Source of the DNA: a bacterium
Lineage (GTDB): Bacteria; Patescibacteriota; Saccharimonadia; Saccharimonadales; UBA4665
Assembly: GCA_021799595.1 (NCBI GenBank)
Contig: JAJZAF010000001.1
Location: 20,328-84,327, forward strand
DNA: 64,000 bases
Direction of reading: 5' to 3'
Part shown: in pieces, positions 18,367 through 27,762 of the stretch
How positions within the stretch are numbered: the first letter of the stretch is position 1
How the letters are laid out: each line of letters opens with the position of its first letter
Notes under the pieces: model-generated
The model's input: only the letters and a program-made list of their open reading frames with translations
Told to the model about the DNA's origin: nothing
Databases searched by the model: none
Position numbers and translations under genes: made by a program

Positions 18367-20366
18367 GCGTAACCCTCTTTCGGATTGGTTCTGGCTTTGT
18401 GATCAAGCTCTTTTAGCTCCGTAGCCGATATATGGCGCTCTGTGTCTTTTGTGTACGACCTCACAAGAAGGGAGGAAACGGCTCCAATCAGGCCGACGAT
18501 GCACAGCCACAGGATATGCCAAACAGCACCGAAACCAATGAGAAAGGAAAAAATACCAATGTAGATACCGATAGCACTATTTTTTGGCAAATTAATTGCT
18601 TGGTAAACAAGCGGCTCGTGCTTTTCATTCTTCTTACGAGCTTGTTTCATAGCCCAGAAAGGATCTCGACTATCGACTTCAGGAGTTATGGCAAAGTTAT
18701 AAAAAGGGGCTGGTGAGGGTGTTGACCATTCAAGCGTACGGCCATTCCACGGATCACCCGTGTTGTCTTGGTTAGCCTTACGTTGAACAATACTAACAAT
18801 GACTTGTAAGATCTGTGTGGCAAGACCAATTGCAATGATACCGGCTCCGATACCCGCTACGATAAACAGCGGCCACCAACCAGTCGAGGCGCTGTAGTGA
18901 TCAAGCCGGCGGGTAGCGCCCATCAAGCCCAGAATATACAGTGGCACAAAGGCCAGAATAAAGCCGATCAACCAACACCAAAAGGCGTAGCCGCCTAACC
19001 GTTCGTTCAAACGAAAACCAGTAAACTTGGGATACCAGTACGTCACAGCCGCGAAGTAACCGAATAACACACCGCTGACAATCATAGTATGAAAATGAGC
19101 AACGAGAAAAAGACTATTGTGTAGTTGAAAATCAACCGGAGGTATGGCCAATAAGACACCGGCCACGCCGCCGATAGTAAATAGGACAATAAAACCTATA
19201 AACCACCACATCGGTGTTGCTAATAGAATTCGTCCACGATACATGGTGAATAGCCAATTAAAAATCTTAACACCGGTTGGCACAGCAATAATCATAGTCG
19301 TAATGCCAAAGAAACCATTGACGTCAGCGCCGGCTCCCATGGTAAAGAAGTGGTGCAGCCATACCGTGAAAGAGAGAAGTACGATCGCCCAGATAGCCCA
19401 AACCATTGAAGTATAACCGAAGAGACGTTTTCTGGAGAGTGTCGCCACTACTTCTGAGAAAACACCGAAAGCCGGCAAAATGAGAATGTAGACTTCCGGA
19501 TGGCCCCATGCCCATATGAGATTGACGTACATCATCATATTCCCGCCACCACCGGCCGTAAAGAAGTGCATACCGAAAGTACGATCCAGATACAACAGCG
19601 TCAGCGTAACAGTCAGAATTGGGAAGGCAAAGACAACCAGGGTCATAGCCCCCATCACGCTCCAAACAAACATCGGCATTTTCATAAGACTCATACCCTT
19701 ACAGCGCATAGTGATGATGGTCGTTAGAAAGTTAATGCCAGATAGCAAACTGCCGATACCGGCCACCTCCAAAGACCATATCCAGTAGTCAACACCGACA
19801 CCAGGACTGTAACGTAATTCAGATAGTGGCGGATAGGCTAGCCAGCCTGCAGCTGAGAACGAACCGATAACTAAAGATAAGTTAACAAGCACCACGCCGC
19901 TGAAGAAGAGCCAAAAAGCAATAGAGTTAAGAAACGGGAAGGCTACATCTCGAGACCCGATTTGCATTGGCATAACCAGATTAATGAGACCAAACATCAG
20001 CCCCATGGCAACGAAGAAAATCATGATGGTGCCATGCGCCGAGAAAATTTGTTGGAAATGATTGCTCGAGAGAAAGCCATGGCTACTGCCAACAGAAGTA
20101 GCCTGTTGGGCCCGCATCATGAGCGCATCGACTCCAGCTCGTACCAACATGACGACTGCTACCACAATATACATAACGCCAATTCGCTTTGGATCAAGCG
20201 ATGTCAGCCACTCTTTCCATAACCACTTCCAACGACGGAAATAAGTCAACGCAACGGCAACAGCCAGAACGCCACCAACAACGGTCGCTGCTCCGCCGGC
20301 AGTTACAGGATCCTGCGGCAACTGATTGAAACTTAGTTTCCCCAAGAGATTAGCAAATTCAATCAC
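18363..20366 (-). CDS. cyoB: cytochrome bo3 quinol oxidase subunit I (heme-copper oxidase)
   Basis: WAWGHPEVYILILPAFG, WLHHFFTMG and FLVAHFHTM carry the heme and CuB histidine ligand motifs. The protein is 667 aa. Confidence 0.95.
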   Translation of the reverse strand: MIEFANLLGKLSFNQLPQDPVTAGGAATVVGGVLAVAVALTYFRRWKWLWKEWLTSLDPKRIGVMYIVVAVVMLVRAGVDALMMRAQQATSVGSSHGFLSSNHFQQIFSAHGTIMIFFVAMGLMFGLINLVMPMQIGSRDVAFPFLNSIAFWLFFSGVVLVNLSLVIGSFSAAGWLAYPPLSELRYSPGVGVDYWIWSLEVAGIGSLLSGINFLTTIITMRCKGMSLMKMPMFVWSVMGAMTLVVFAFPILTVTLTLLYLDRTFGMHFFTAGGGGNMMMYVNLIWAWGHPEVYILILPAFGVFSEVVATLSRKRLFGYTSMVWAIWAIVLLSFTVWLHHFFTMGAGADVNGFFGITTMIIAVPTGVKIFNWLFTMYRGRILLATPMWWFIGFIVLFTIGGVAGVLLAIPPVDFQLHNSLFLVAHFHTMIVSGVLFGYFAAVTYWYPKFTGFRLNERLGGYAFWCWLIGFILAFVPLYILGLMGATRRLDHYSASTGWWPLFIVAGIGAGIIAIGLATQILQVIVSIVQRKANQDNTGDPWNGRTLEWSTPSPAPFYNFAITPEVDSRDPFWAMKQARKKNEKHEPLVYQAINLPKNSAIGIYIGIFSFLIGFGAVWHILWLCIVGLIGAVSSLLVRSYTKDTERHISATELKELDHKARTNPKEGYA

Positions 20367-21292
20367 TGCATCATCTCCGTGGTTGGCGCTGAGTTATAAC
20401 TGTGACTGTTGTTGCCAGAAGCAGTGCTGTTCAGACTCATATACCGAGAAATGATGCCGACAAAAAGATTGTTAGCTGGCTTTGAGTAATAAGCAACCGG
20501 ATTATTCTCGCTCGGCCGATTTAATCGAGCATAGGCAGACAGTGTCAAATGATCCGGCGTTTTGACCACATTTTTAACCCAATTGAGAAATGATTGCTCC
20601 GATGCTGCGTGAGCTACAAAAGTCATACCTGCAAACCCACGGCCACTTATATTCGCCGAGGAGCCGCTAAAGTTACCCTGGCTGGTAGCCATGAGATGCA
20701 GCTGCGAGAACATGCCAGGCATGGCATAAATTTGTCCTCCAAGCTGAGGGATCCAAAAGGAGTTCATGACTGAGTCTGACGTGATCTCAAAGTCAACTGG
20801 AGTATTTATTGGCATAAACACATAATTGACGCTGGCAATTTGCTGTTTTGGATAAATAAAAAGCCACTTCCAGTCCATGGCAACAACCTGAATAGTCATC
20901 TGTGGCGTTTTAGACGCAATCGGTTGGTATGGATCAAGAGTGTGAGATGAATTCCAGGTCACGACAGATAGAATGGCTATCAGGATGGAGGGGATCAGCC
21001 ACCATAGCGCCTCAATTGGTCGACTGTGATCAAATTCAGGACTATATTTCCCTTTCGGTTTGCTCTCACGATAGCGCCAGACAAAGCTAAAGAGCATGAA
21101 AAAAACTGGAATGACCACTACCGCAGATAAAGCTAGAGCAAACAATAAGAGATTGCGTTCTTTAAGACCAATCGTTCCTTTCGGTTCAAGCACTGGTATA
21201 TTGGTGTGTATTAGGTACCATACGGCCACCGAAACAAAAATAATGATACAGGCTACTATGACCCCACTTTTTATTTTTTTATTCTTGCTCAT
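20363..21292 (-). CDS. cyoA: cytochrome bo3 quinol oxidase subunit II
   Basis: TSDSVMNSFWIPQLGGQIYAMPGM...SANISGRGFAGMTFVAHA parallels E. coli CyoA ([21 protein letters not shown]...SGPGFSGMKF). The CuA Cys/His ligands are absent, which indicates a quinol oxidase. Confidence 0.9.
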   Translation of the reverse strand: MSKNKKIKSGVIVACIIIFVSVAVWYLIHTNIPVLEPKGTIGLKERNLLLFALALSAVVVIPVFFMLFSFVWRYRESKPKGKYSPEFDHSRPIEALWWLIPSILIAILSVVTWNSSHTLDPYQPIASKTPQMTIQVVAMDWKWLFIYPKQQIASVNYVFMPINTPVDFEITSDSVMNSFWIPQLGGQIYAMPGMFSQLHLMATSQGNFSGSSANISGRGFAGMTFVAHAASEQSFLNWVKNVVKTPDHLTLSAYARLNRPSENNPVAYYSKPANNLFVGIISRYMSLNSTASGNNSHSYNSAPTTEMMQ

Positions 21293-21396
21293 TTAGTTAG
21301 CCAACCCTACTTTATAAGTCTCTGGAGGTTAATTGCTTCCCCCTAAACGTTTTAAGCGTAATCACTTTACTAGTCTAGTATATCATTTGTTTCTTT

Positions 21397-22047
21397 TTAG
21401 GGAGCTGTGCCTTCTAGCAAAAGTGGTGGTATTTCACGAAGATATTCCACAATATAGTCGGCACCTTCTTGTTCTAAACGCTCGCGACTACTGAAGCCAT
21501 GCGTGATACCAATTGTGAACGCCACTTGAGCTGCTTTACCGGCAGCAATATCAACCCAACTATCACCGATCATAGCTGTCTGTTTCGGAGAAACGTCCAA
21601 TGCCCTTATGGCCGACAATACCCCTTCTGGATGCGGTTTGTGCTTGGCAACGTCTCCACCAGAAATGACTACGTCAAAGGACTCAAGAATCTCACACAAT
21701 TCAAGGGACGGTATAAGATTTTTATATCGACTGCTACAAAGACCAAGGCTTAAACCTGCTGTCTGTAAATCTGCGAGCATATCGTGAAGGCCGCTATAAC
21801 CAGTAATGTGGTGGAGATTTTTCTCCTGATATTCAAGGTGAGCGGCAGTCAAGAGATCTAGATCCCCGTCCTCAGCAATTAGGGTATACGCGTCTTGCAA
21901 AGAACAGGTAACCTGCTCGGCAAGGACATCCCGCTTTGGGACGTTATGACCATACTTCTTAAGAGCATATTCATAGGCTTCAAAAATAAAGGCTCGGCTA
22001 TCAAGGAGCGTCCCATCAACATCGAAAATAACCGCCTTTAGCTTCAT
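21397..22047 (-). CDS. HAD-superfamily phosphatase (phosphoglycolate phosphatase-like)
   Basis: Motif I VIFDVDGTLLDS, LCSSR, K....GDS..D. Confidence 0.75.
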   Translation of the reverse strand: MKLKAVIFDVDGTLLDSRAFIFEAYEYALKKYGHNVPKRDVLAEQVTCSLQDAYTLIAEDGDLDLLTAAHLEYQEKNLHHITGYSGLHDMLADLQTAGLSLGLCSSRYKNLIPSLELCEILESFDVVISGGDVAKHKPHPEGVLSAIRALDVSPKQTAMIGDSWVDIAAGKAAQVAFTIGITHGFSSRERLEQEGADYIVEYLREIPPLLLEGTAP

Positions 22048-22130
22048 TAGAATCCTTTATATTATCTATCAGCCAGAGAATGTATTCAATAGAAGTTCGC
22101 TGGCAGATAAAAAATAATGAACGAGGAGGT

Positions 22131-23225
22131 CTACTGATCTCTCGTTACACTAAAACTGGTCCCGTCACTTCCAACGACTGAGGGTGTTGCTTCGGTTTGT
22201 CCGGAATTACTGACCATTATAACTTCGTTGGCATCGCTGTTTGAAATGCTGTTGCTCGTATCATCAATAGTAGTGTACCCCCCAGAAAATGATACTGTGC
22301 CAAAGTTATCTAAAGGCACAAGACTGCCGTTTGTGTAGCTCGGGTCTTCTTCTATCCATTCCGCTGAAGAGTTAGAAGAGCTATACGAAACCGTATCAGT
22401 AAATGATTGGTTATTAGTCTGATCTGTGATTGTAATATCCCACGAGTTTGCACTAATTTCCGTCAACGAAGCCACCATCACATCTCCTGGAGAAACCGTG
22501 ATGCTATTTATAGGCTGTGACGCATTTGGCAGTAATTCATAAAATGCAGTGGTGCTAACTTGGCCAGCAGCTGTAACAGTGTCTTCGGTACCAACCTGAA
22601 TAAGATCGTTAGTTGTAACGCCGCCAATTCCTATCCACGTGCCATCAGCAGAAGTATCGACCCCGTTACCGGTAACAGTCGGAACAATCCACGAACCCGA
22701 AATAGCGGTATAGGTGGCACTTGTTGCAAAGTAGCCTGACCAGTTCTCGGAAGTGTAGCTGGTAGGTGATGGTGAATTTTGGTTACTGCCAGATCCTGAA
22801 GAACCGGATGACCCACCGCTGCCTGATCCACTCGATGATGAAGGTGTTGGCGTAAGACTACTGACACTACTGTGTGGCGCCGGAATAACTGTTTGTGTTG
22901 GCTTGGGTGTTGGTGTCGGTATCGGAGTAGGAGTAGGAGCGGGCACTGTGGGGGGAGCAGGAGTTGAAACTGGAGCCGGCGTCGTCTTTGGCTGCAAATG
23001 CGAGACCTTCGGTGTCGGTATAACCGTATGTTTTGGTTTGGTCGTCAACGTTAATTTTGCTACATGATTAGGAACCTGTCGGCTCGGTTGCGCCAAAATA
23101 GCGACAACAACAATCATACCTCCAATAGCCAACAGCGCGGTTTTAAGTAGTGACTTATGAACTGTGGCAATCTTACCAATAGCCTGAACGGCTCGTTTAT
23201 AAATCGGTAGCGCTAGATGGAGCAT
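22131..23225 (-). CDS. membrane-anchored secreted glutamic peptidase, family G1 (eqolisin / peptidase A4-like)
   Basis: N-terminal TM, then a P/T-rich linker (PTPTPIPTPTPKPTQ). The following domain reads SENWSGYFA...ISGSWIVP...WIGIGG...LIQVGTE...AFYELLP...SSAEWIEEDPS...LDNFGTVSFSG. This matches the G1 fold pattern, including the catalytic Gln (IQVGTE) and Glu (AEWIEE). Confidence 0.65.
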   Translation of the reverse strand: MLHLALPIYKRAVQAIGKIATVHKSLLKTALLAIGGMIVVVAILAQPSRQVPNHVAKLTLTTKPKHTVIPTPKVSHLQPKTTPAPVSTPAPPTVPAPTPTPIPTPTPKPTQTVIPAPHSSVSSLTPTPSSSSGSGSGGSSGSSGSGSNQNSPSPTSYTSENWSGYFATSATYTAISGSWIVPTVTGNGVDTSADGTWIGIGGVTTNDLIQVGTEDTVTAAGQVSTTAFYELLPNASQPINSITVSPGDVMVASLTEISANSWDITITDQTNNQSFTDTVSYSSSNSSAEWIEEDPSYTNGSLVPLDNFGTVSFSGGYTTIDDTSNSISNSDANEVIMVSNSGQTEATPSVVGSDGTSFSVTRDQ

Positions 23226-23322
23226 ACCATGATATATTGTTATGTTTGTTTTTTAGAGCAGCTATAGTATAGCACAATTAAGAGAATACGGCTTTTAATA
23301 AGAAAATGAGCTCAACGTGAGC

Positions 23323-24030
23323 TCAACGTTTTTCGGCTGAGAGCGTTTTTAAGACTATAAAGGCTGACGTGGTGCAGCCAATGGCAACCAGGACAACTCC
23401 AGTTAAGAATAAAAAGACTTGTTGTACTAACTGTGCCTGATGTGCATAACCGGAACTTACCGCATAAAACACAAACAACACACCGCTAATTGACCAAAAG
23501 GCCGCAGATAGCTGAGCAAAGATACGGACATTAAGCGATAGCTGAGCACGTATAGAGAAAATTATTGAGCCAATAAGGCTGAGACATAGGCCAAGAGCAG
23601 CAATAGCACTAAATATAGCGTCCAAACCAATATTAACGCCACTTTGACTGTTACAAACAAGGTGAGTGCCTATATTGCAATGCGCTGGCACTAAGCTAGC
23701 AACAGCTGTAAAAAACCCGAATACAACAGCACCGATGCTGATGCTATACCATAAACCGCGTAATGAAGTTGCCAAAGCTACTTTTTGCAACATACATATG
23801 CCGGCTATACCTAAACAGACACCTGTCAGAATATCACCCCCCCTGAATACCCAGTAATATGGTTGCCCGACTTTCTCTAGATCACTAGCCAGACCGCTAT
23901 GAGCGGTTTGGCTGTTCAAAAGATAGCCAAGCGGCCAGGAGTTATATAAAAGACCAGCCAAAGTAAAAAGTCCCAGTACAAGACTGGCATATTTATGCTT
24001 AATCATCTTTTTATTACTATAACAAGTCAT
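23323..24030 (-). CDS. multi-pass membrane protein, unknown function
   Basis: 235-aa ORF with about 6 hydrophobic helices. Confidence 0.5.
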   Translation of the reverse strand: MTCYSNKKMIKHKYASLVLGLFTLAGLLYNSWPLGYLLNSQTAHSGLASDLEKVGQPYYWVFRGGDILTGVCLGIAGICMLQKVALATSLRGLWYSISIGAVVFGFFTAVASLVPAHCNIGTHLVCNSQSGVNIGLDAIFSAIAALGLCLSLIGSIIFSIRAQLSLNVRIFAQLSAAFWSISGVLFVFYAVSSGYAHQAQLVQQVFLFLTGVVLVAIGCTTSAFIVLKTLSAEKR

Positions 24031-24087
24031 GGACTAATATGAAAATCTTCTTTAAGATAAGCATAAACATGTAACAAAGATCCTCGC

Positions 24088-24963
24088 ATGAATAAGCATA
24101 TTTCGCGGCGCACTATCCAAGTAACTTTAGGATGTTTCTGGCTGCTAGACGGTTTCTTACAGTTGCAGCGGCAAATGTTCACAAAGAATTTTGCCTTAAA
24201 AATCATTGCACCGAATGAAGTTAGCCAGCCGACTATTATCCATAACCCCATCCATCTGGCTGTTCACATTATCTTATTACATCCCGCTCTCTGGGACTGT
24301 GCTTTCGCAGCTATTCAGTTCCTTATTGGGTACTTGTTGCTTCGTCAAACGACTGTACGCCAGGGTCTAATCTTATCTACTATTTGGGGATTATCGGTTT
24401 GGTTTATTGGCGAAGGTCTCGGTGGCTTGTTTTCAGGAAGCGCTTCGCTAATCATGGGAATGCCCGGAGCAGCGCTTCTCTACGTCATTCTTGGCATTGG
24501 CGCCTGGCCTCATCGTCACAAAGACAAAACACAGCCTGCATCTTGGTTGACGGCTGTATGGGCAACAGTATGGCTCACTGGCGCTTCTCTGCAGCTAACG
24601 GCTGGCCAGAACAGTGCTCCGGCTCTCGCCGCTATGATCAAAGGTATGGCTAGGGGCGCTCCCGGATGGCTAGCCGCACTCGATGATGGCGTTAGCCGCC
24701 ATATTATAGAACTCGGTAGCGCTGTGATTATTTGGTTGGTCTTCATTGAAGCTTTGATCGGTATATTAATATTTTTGGGTCATTTCTGGCGCACACTAGC
24801 TGTTATAGCTGGTATTATTTTTATAACTTTGGCATGGGTTATTGGACAGGCTCTTGGTGAGTACTATACGGGATTTGCAACTGACCTCAATACCGCTCCT
24901 TTCATTATCTTGCTCGGCCTAGCTGTTTTAGGTAGCCGTGGTATGACAATCGATATTACATAA
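24088..24963 (+). CDS. multi-pass membrane protein, unknown function
   Basis: 291-aa hydrophobic ORF, divergent from 23323..24030. Confidence 0.5.
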   Translation: MNKHISRRTIQVTLGCFWLLDGFLQLQRQMFTKNFALKIIAPNEVSQPTIIHNPIHLAVHIILLHPALWDCAFAAIQFLIGYLLLRQTTVRQGLILSTIWGLSVWFIGEGLGGLFSGSASLIMGMPGAALLYVILGIGAWPHRHKDKTQPASWLTAVWATVWLTGASLQLTAGQNSAPALAAMIKGMARGAPGWLAALDDGVSRHIIELGSAVIIWLVFIEALIGILIFLGHFWRTLAVIAGIIFITLAWVIGQALGEYYTGFATDLNTAPFIILLGLAVLGSRGMTIDIT

Positions 24964-25963
24964 TCGGTAACACAGCCTGATTCTTAACGATCTGTTGAAT
25001 ATAGTACTCAGGTAGCCGACTCAGACCTTTAACTGCTTTGCTTTGGGGCATCAGTCGTAAGGCTTCGGATGCTTTCTGGCCACAGTCTTGTGCTGCAGCA
25101 AGCGTAGTAGCTAGTGAGCCGTCTTTCTTTAATATGTCAATCAGCAAGTCATAGTCTTGAGGTTGAAGTGGCTTATGGTCAAGTATCGGCAGAATATCTT
25201 TTGATGCAGGACCAGCTAAAGAAAGAATGAGCGGCAGCGTATAAACCCCTTCTTTTGCGTCATTATGTACCGGCTTTCCCATAACTTTTTCGCTAGCAAG
25301 AAAGTCCATTAAATCATCAATAAGTTGAAAGACCATACCGAACTGCTCGCCATAGCATCGTAATGCTGCGGTCTTTTCACTGTCCGCTTCTGCTGTGATA
25401 GCACCGAGTTCAGTAGCTGCACCGAGCAGTGCTCCTGTCTTACCGCGCACACAGTCTTCATAACGCTTGCGGCTACGCTGAACGTTGAAGTCGTCAGCCG
25501 TTTCCTGCATTTGACCTTCACACATCTTCAAAATTGCCATAGCGGTAGTATTGGCGGCACGGGCACTAATTCGACTAGCCAACTCAGTTGCCAAAGTTAA
25601 AAAGTAGTCACCGACTATAATAGCAGCATCTGATCCTTCCTGCGCGTAGATACTCGGCTGATTGCCGCGTAGATTGGCCGCGTCAAGAATATCGTCATGC
25701 ACCAGGCTGCCGAGGTGTGCCAGTTCAATAGCGGTCGCCGCAATAATAACGTCTTCATTGGTTGCGCCCCCACAGGCTCGGTTAGCAGCTATAACCAAAC
25801 AAGAACGTATCCGTTTGCCGCCAGTTTTAATGAGACGCAGAGATGGCCGAGATATCAACATATCAACAGACCGAAAGCAGTCAATAAGATGTGCATTAAC
25901 CCGGTCTATAGAATTAGGTAAGTCAGGTATTTGAAGCAAGAGAGAGAGATCGCGTGGCTGCAT
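24956..25963 (-). CDS. trans-polyprenyl diphosphate synthase
   Basis: First DDxxD in LVHDDILD and second in QLIDDLMD, with GKRIR upstream. Confidence 0.85.
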   Translation of the reverse strand: MQPRDLSLLLQIPDLPNSIDRVNAHLIDCFRSVDMLISRPSLRLIKTGGKRIRSCLVIAANRACGGATNEDVIIAATAIELAHLGSLVHDDILDAANLRGNQPSIYAQEGSDAAIIVGDYFLTLATELASRISARAANTTAMAILKMCEGQMQETADDFNVQRSRKRYEDCVRGKTGALLGAATELGAITAEADSEKTAALRCYGEQFGMVFQLIDDLMDFLASEKVMGKPVHNDAKEGVYTLPLILSLAGPASKDILPILDHKPLQPQDYDLLIDILKKDGSLATTLAAAQDCGQKASEALRLMPQSKAVKGLSRLPEYYIQQIVKNQAVLPIM

Positions 25964-26026
25964 AATGGCACAATTGTAGCAGACAAGCCTTTAATTTTCT
26001 TGAAAGCAACGATCAGATACGCATTG

Positions 26027-27721
26027 CTAGAAGTGTTCTCGAATGTGACTGAAACTGTAATCCCAGTCGGCATTGGCTTTTTTATGAGGATTAAATATAC
26101 CTTGCGGGTCCATCACCTTCTTGGCTTCACGGAAAATGTGCAGCATGCGACTGCCGTACATTGCCTCCAACCAGGGACCTCGTACCAGGCCGTCATTATG
26201 TTCTCCGCTGAGCGAACCACCGTAGTGAAGCACAAGATTATTTACTTCTTTCATAGCTGGCAGAATAGTCTTTCGTTCCACTGGATTCTCTAGCTTCATT
26301 AAGGGAATAATGTGAAAGTTACCATCGCCCATGTGACCGGCAATGGTAGCAGACAAATGATACTTTTTAATAATTTTTCTTAAGCGTGGCAAAAAAGCAG
26401 TCAGTTTTTCTGGTGGTACGACAAGATCATCGATAAAGGGTGCTGTATGCTTGTCATGAACTTTACTCCTAAGAAGCTGAAAACTATACCGACGCATAAT
26501 CCAGAATTTTTCAGATTTTCCTTCAGTCGGGTCTTCCTCAAAGCCATTAATCTCGTAACGGGCCCGATATTTTTTAAGCTCCTGGTGCAAGATATGAACT
26601 TTCTGGCGCACTTCTTCTTCACTATTACCATTAAATTCGACCATCAATATGAGTTTTGGTATGCCTCTAAGCAACTGCACCCCGTCAGGAATAAGCGTAA
26701 TGAGAAGATGAATAAAACGGCGCACGCCAAGCAATTTTAAAAAGCTCGGCATGAAACGAATTGACAGCCAAAGGGTGGCATCATCAAAAGACTCAAAAGT
26801 AGCCGGGTGATATTCTAGTACTTTTGGGATGATTTCGCCGAGATCATCAATGTCTCGCATAAACAATATTAATAAACCTGAGTGAAGACGAGCCGGCACT
26901 AAACGAAAGTGAATATCGGTAACAAAACCGAGAGTTCCCTGGGCACCGACAATAAGCTTAGTAAGATCAAAGATGCCATGCTCCTTATCCCAGACATCCC
27001 ACAGATTGTAACCAGTGGAGTTTTTGCTCACATGCGGTTTGGCAGCCTTAATTTCATCATAATGCCGACTAACGAGCTGAAAGATGCCGCGGTAGACATC
27101 ACCCTCGAAATCCCGCTGACGTAATTTGACTGTCAACTCATCTTTGGTAATCGGTTTCACTGTCCGTTTAACCCCATCAGCAAATACAACATCTAGAGCA
27201 GTGACAAAATCCTCTGTCTTCCCAAATTCCAGTGATTTCTCGCCACCTGAATTGTTGTTGACCATACCGCCTACCGTTGCTAAATCACGCGAGGCCGGAT
27301 ATGTCGGCATCAGAGCACCGTGTTTGAGTGTCTGAGGCTCAAAGTCTCGGTAGTAGACCCCCGGTTGCGTCTGCGCACTCGTAGAGGTAACGTGCTCTAT
27401 TTTTTTAAAGTGAGTATGAAAATCGACAATAATGGAATCGTTAATGGCCCCACCTGACATACAAGTACCGGCACTACGAGCTGTTAAACTCAGATCTTTC
27501 TTTCGTTGCTTATGTCCGGCTACTACTCGAACCAATATTTCTACGTCATGAGCATCTTTTGGTATTACAACCAGCTTTGGTCGAAGTTCGAACATGGAAG
27601 CATCGTGACTATAGAAATCGAGCGTAACTGGCGAGTTATCGATCTCACCCTTAAAACCGGACTGTCGAATAGCAGTAATTATATCTTCCACTTTTTCTAG
27701 CTTAAGCTGTTTAAGTGACAA
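26027..27721 (-). CDS. FAD-linked oxidase (GlcD / D-lactate dehydrogenase-like)
   Basis: PCMH-type FAD domain (PKLVVIPKDAHDVEILV, ARSAGTCMSGGA) and C-terminal GGSLSGEHNDGLVRG. The ORF opens at ATG 27769, which would overlap the ndh start head-to-head. TTG 27721 is an alternative, so the start is uncertain. Confidence 0.7.
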   Translation of the reverse strand: MSLKQLKLEKVEDIITAIRQSGFKGEIDNSPVTLDFYSHDASMFELRPKLVVIPKDAHDVEILVRVVAGHKQRKKDLSLTARSAGTCMSGGAINDSIIVDFHTHFKKIEHVTSTSAQTQPGVYYRDFEPQTLKHGALMPTYPASRDLATVGGMVNNNSGGEKSLEFGKTEDFVTALDVVFADGVKRTVKPITKDELTVKLRQRDFEGDVYRGIFQLVSRHYDEIKAAKPHVSKNSTGYNLWDVWDKEHGIFDLTKLIVGAQGTLGFVTDIHFRLVPARLHSGLLILFMRDIDDLGEIIPKVLEYHPATFESFDDATLWLSIRFMPSFLKLLGVRRFIHLLITLIPDGVQLLRGIPKLILMVEFNGNSEEEVRQKVHILHQELKKYRARYEINGFEEDPTEGKSEKFWIMRRYSFQLLRSKVHDKHTAPFIDDLVVPPEKLTAFLPRLRKIIKKYHLSATIAGHMGDGNFHIIPLMKLENPVERKTILPAMKEVNNLVLHYGGSLSGEHNDGLVRGPWLEAMYGSRMLHIFREAKKVMDPQGIFNPHKKANADWDYSFSHIREHF

Positions 27722-27762
27722 AATGCAAATGATTATCCGACTTTGATATAATCGTAAGCAGA

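Noticed and set aside
18432-20244. Several 60-113 aa ORFs on both strands inside cyoB. Similar ones occur inside atpA/atpD/atpG, the helicase genes and the FAD oxidase gene.
   Set aside because: They are fully nested in, or antisense to, strongly supported conserved genes. They are low-complexity and have no start context. They are treated as shadow ORFs.
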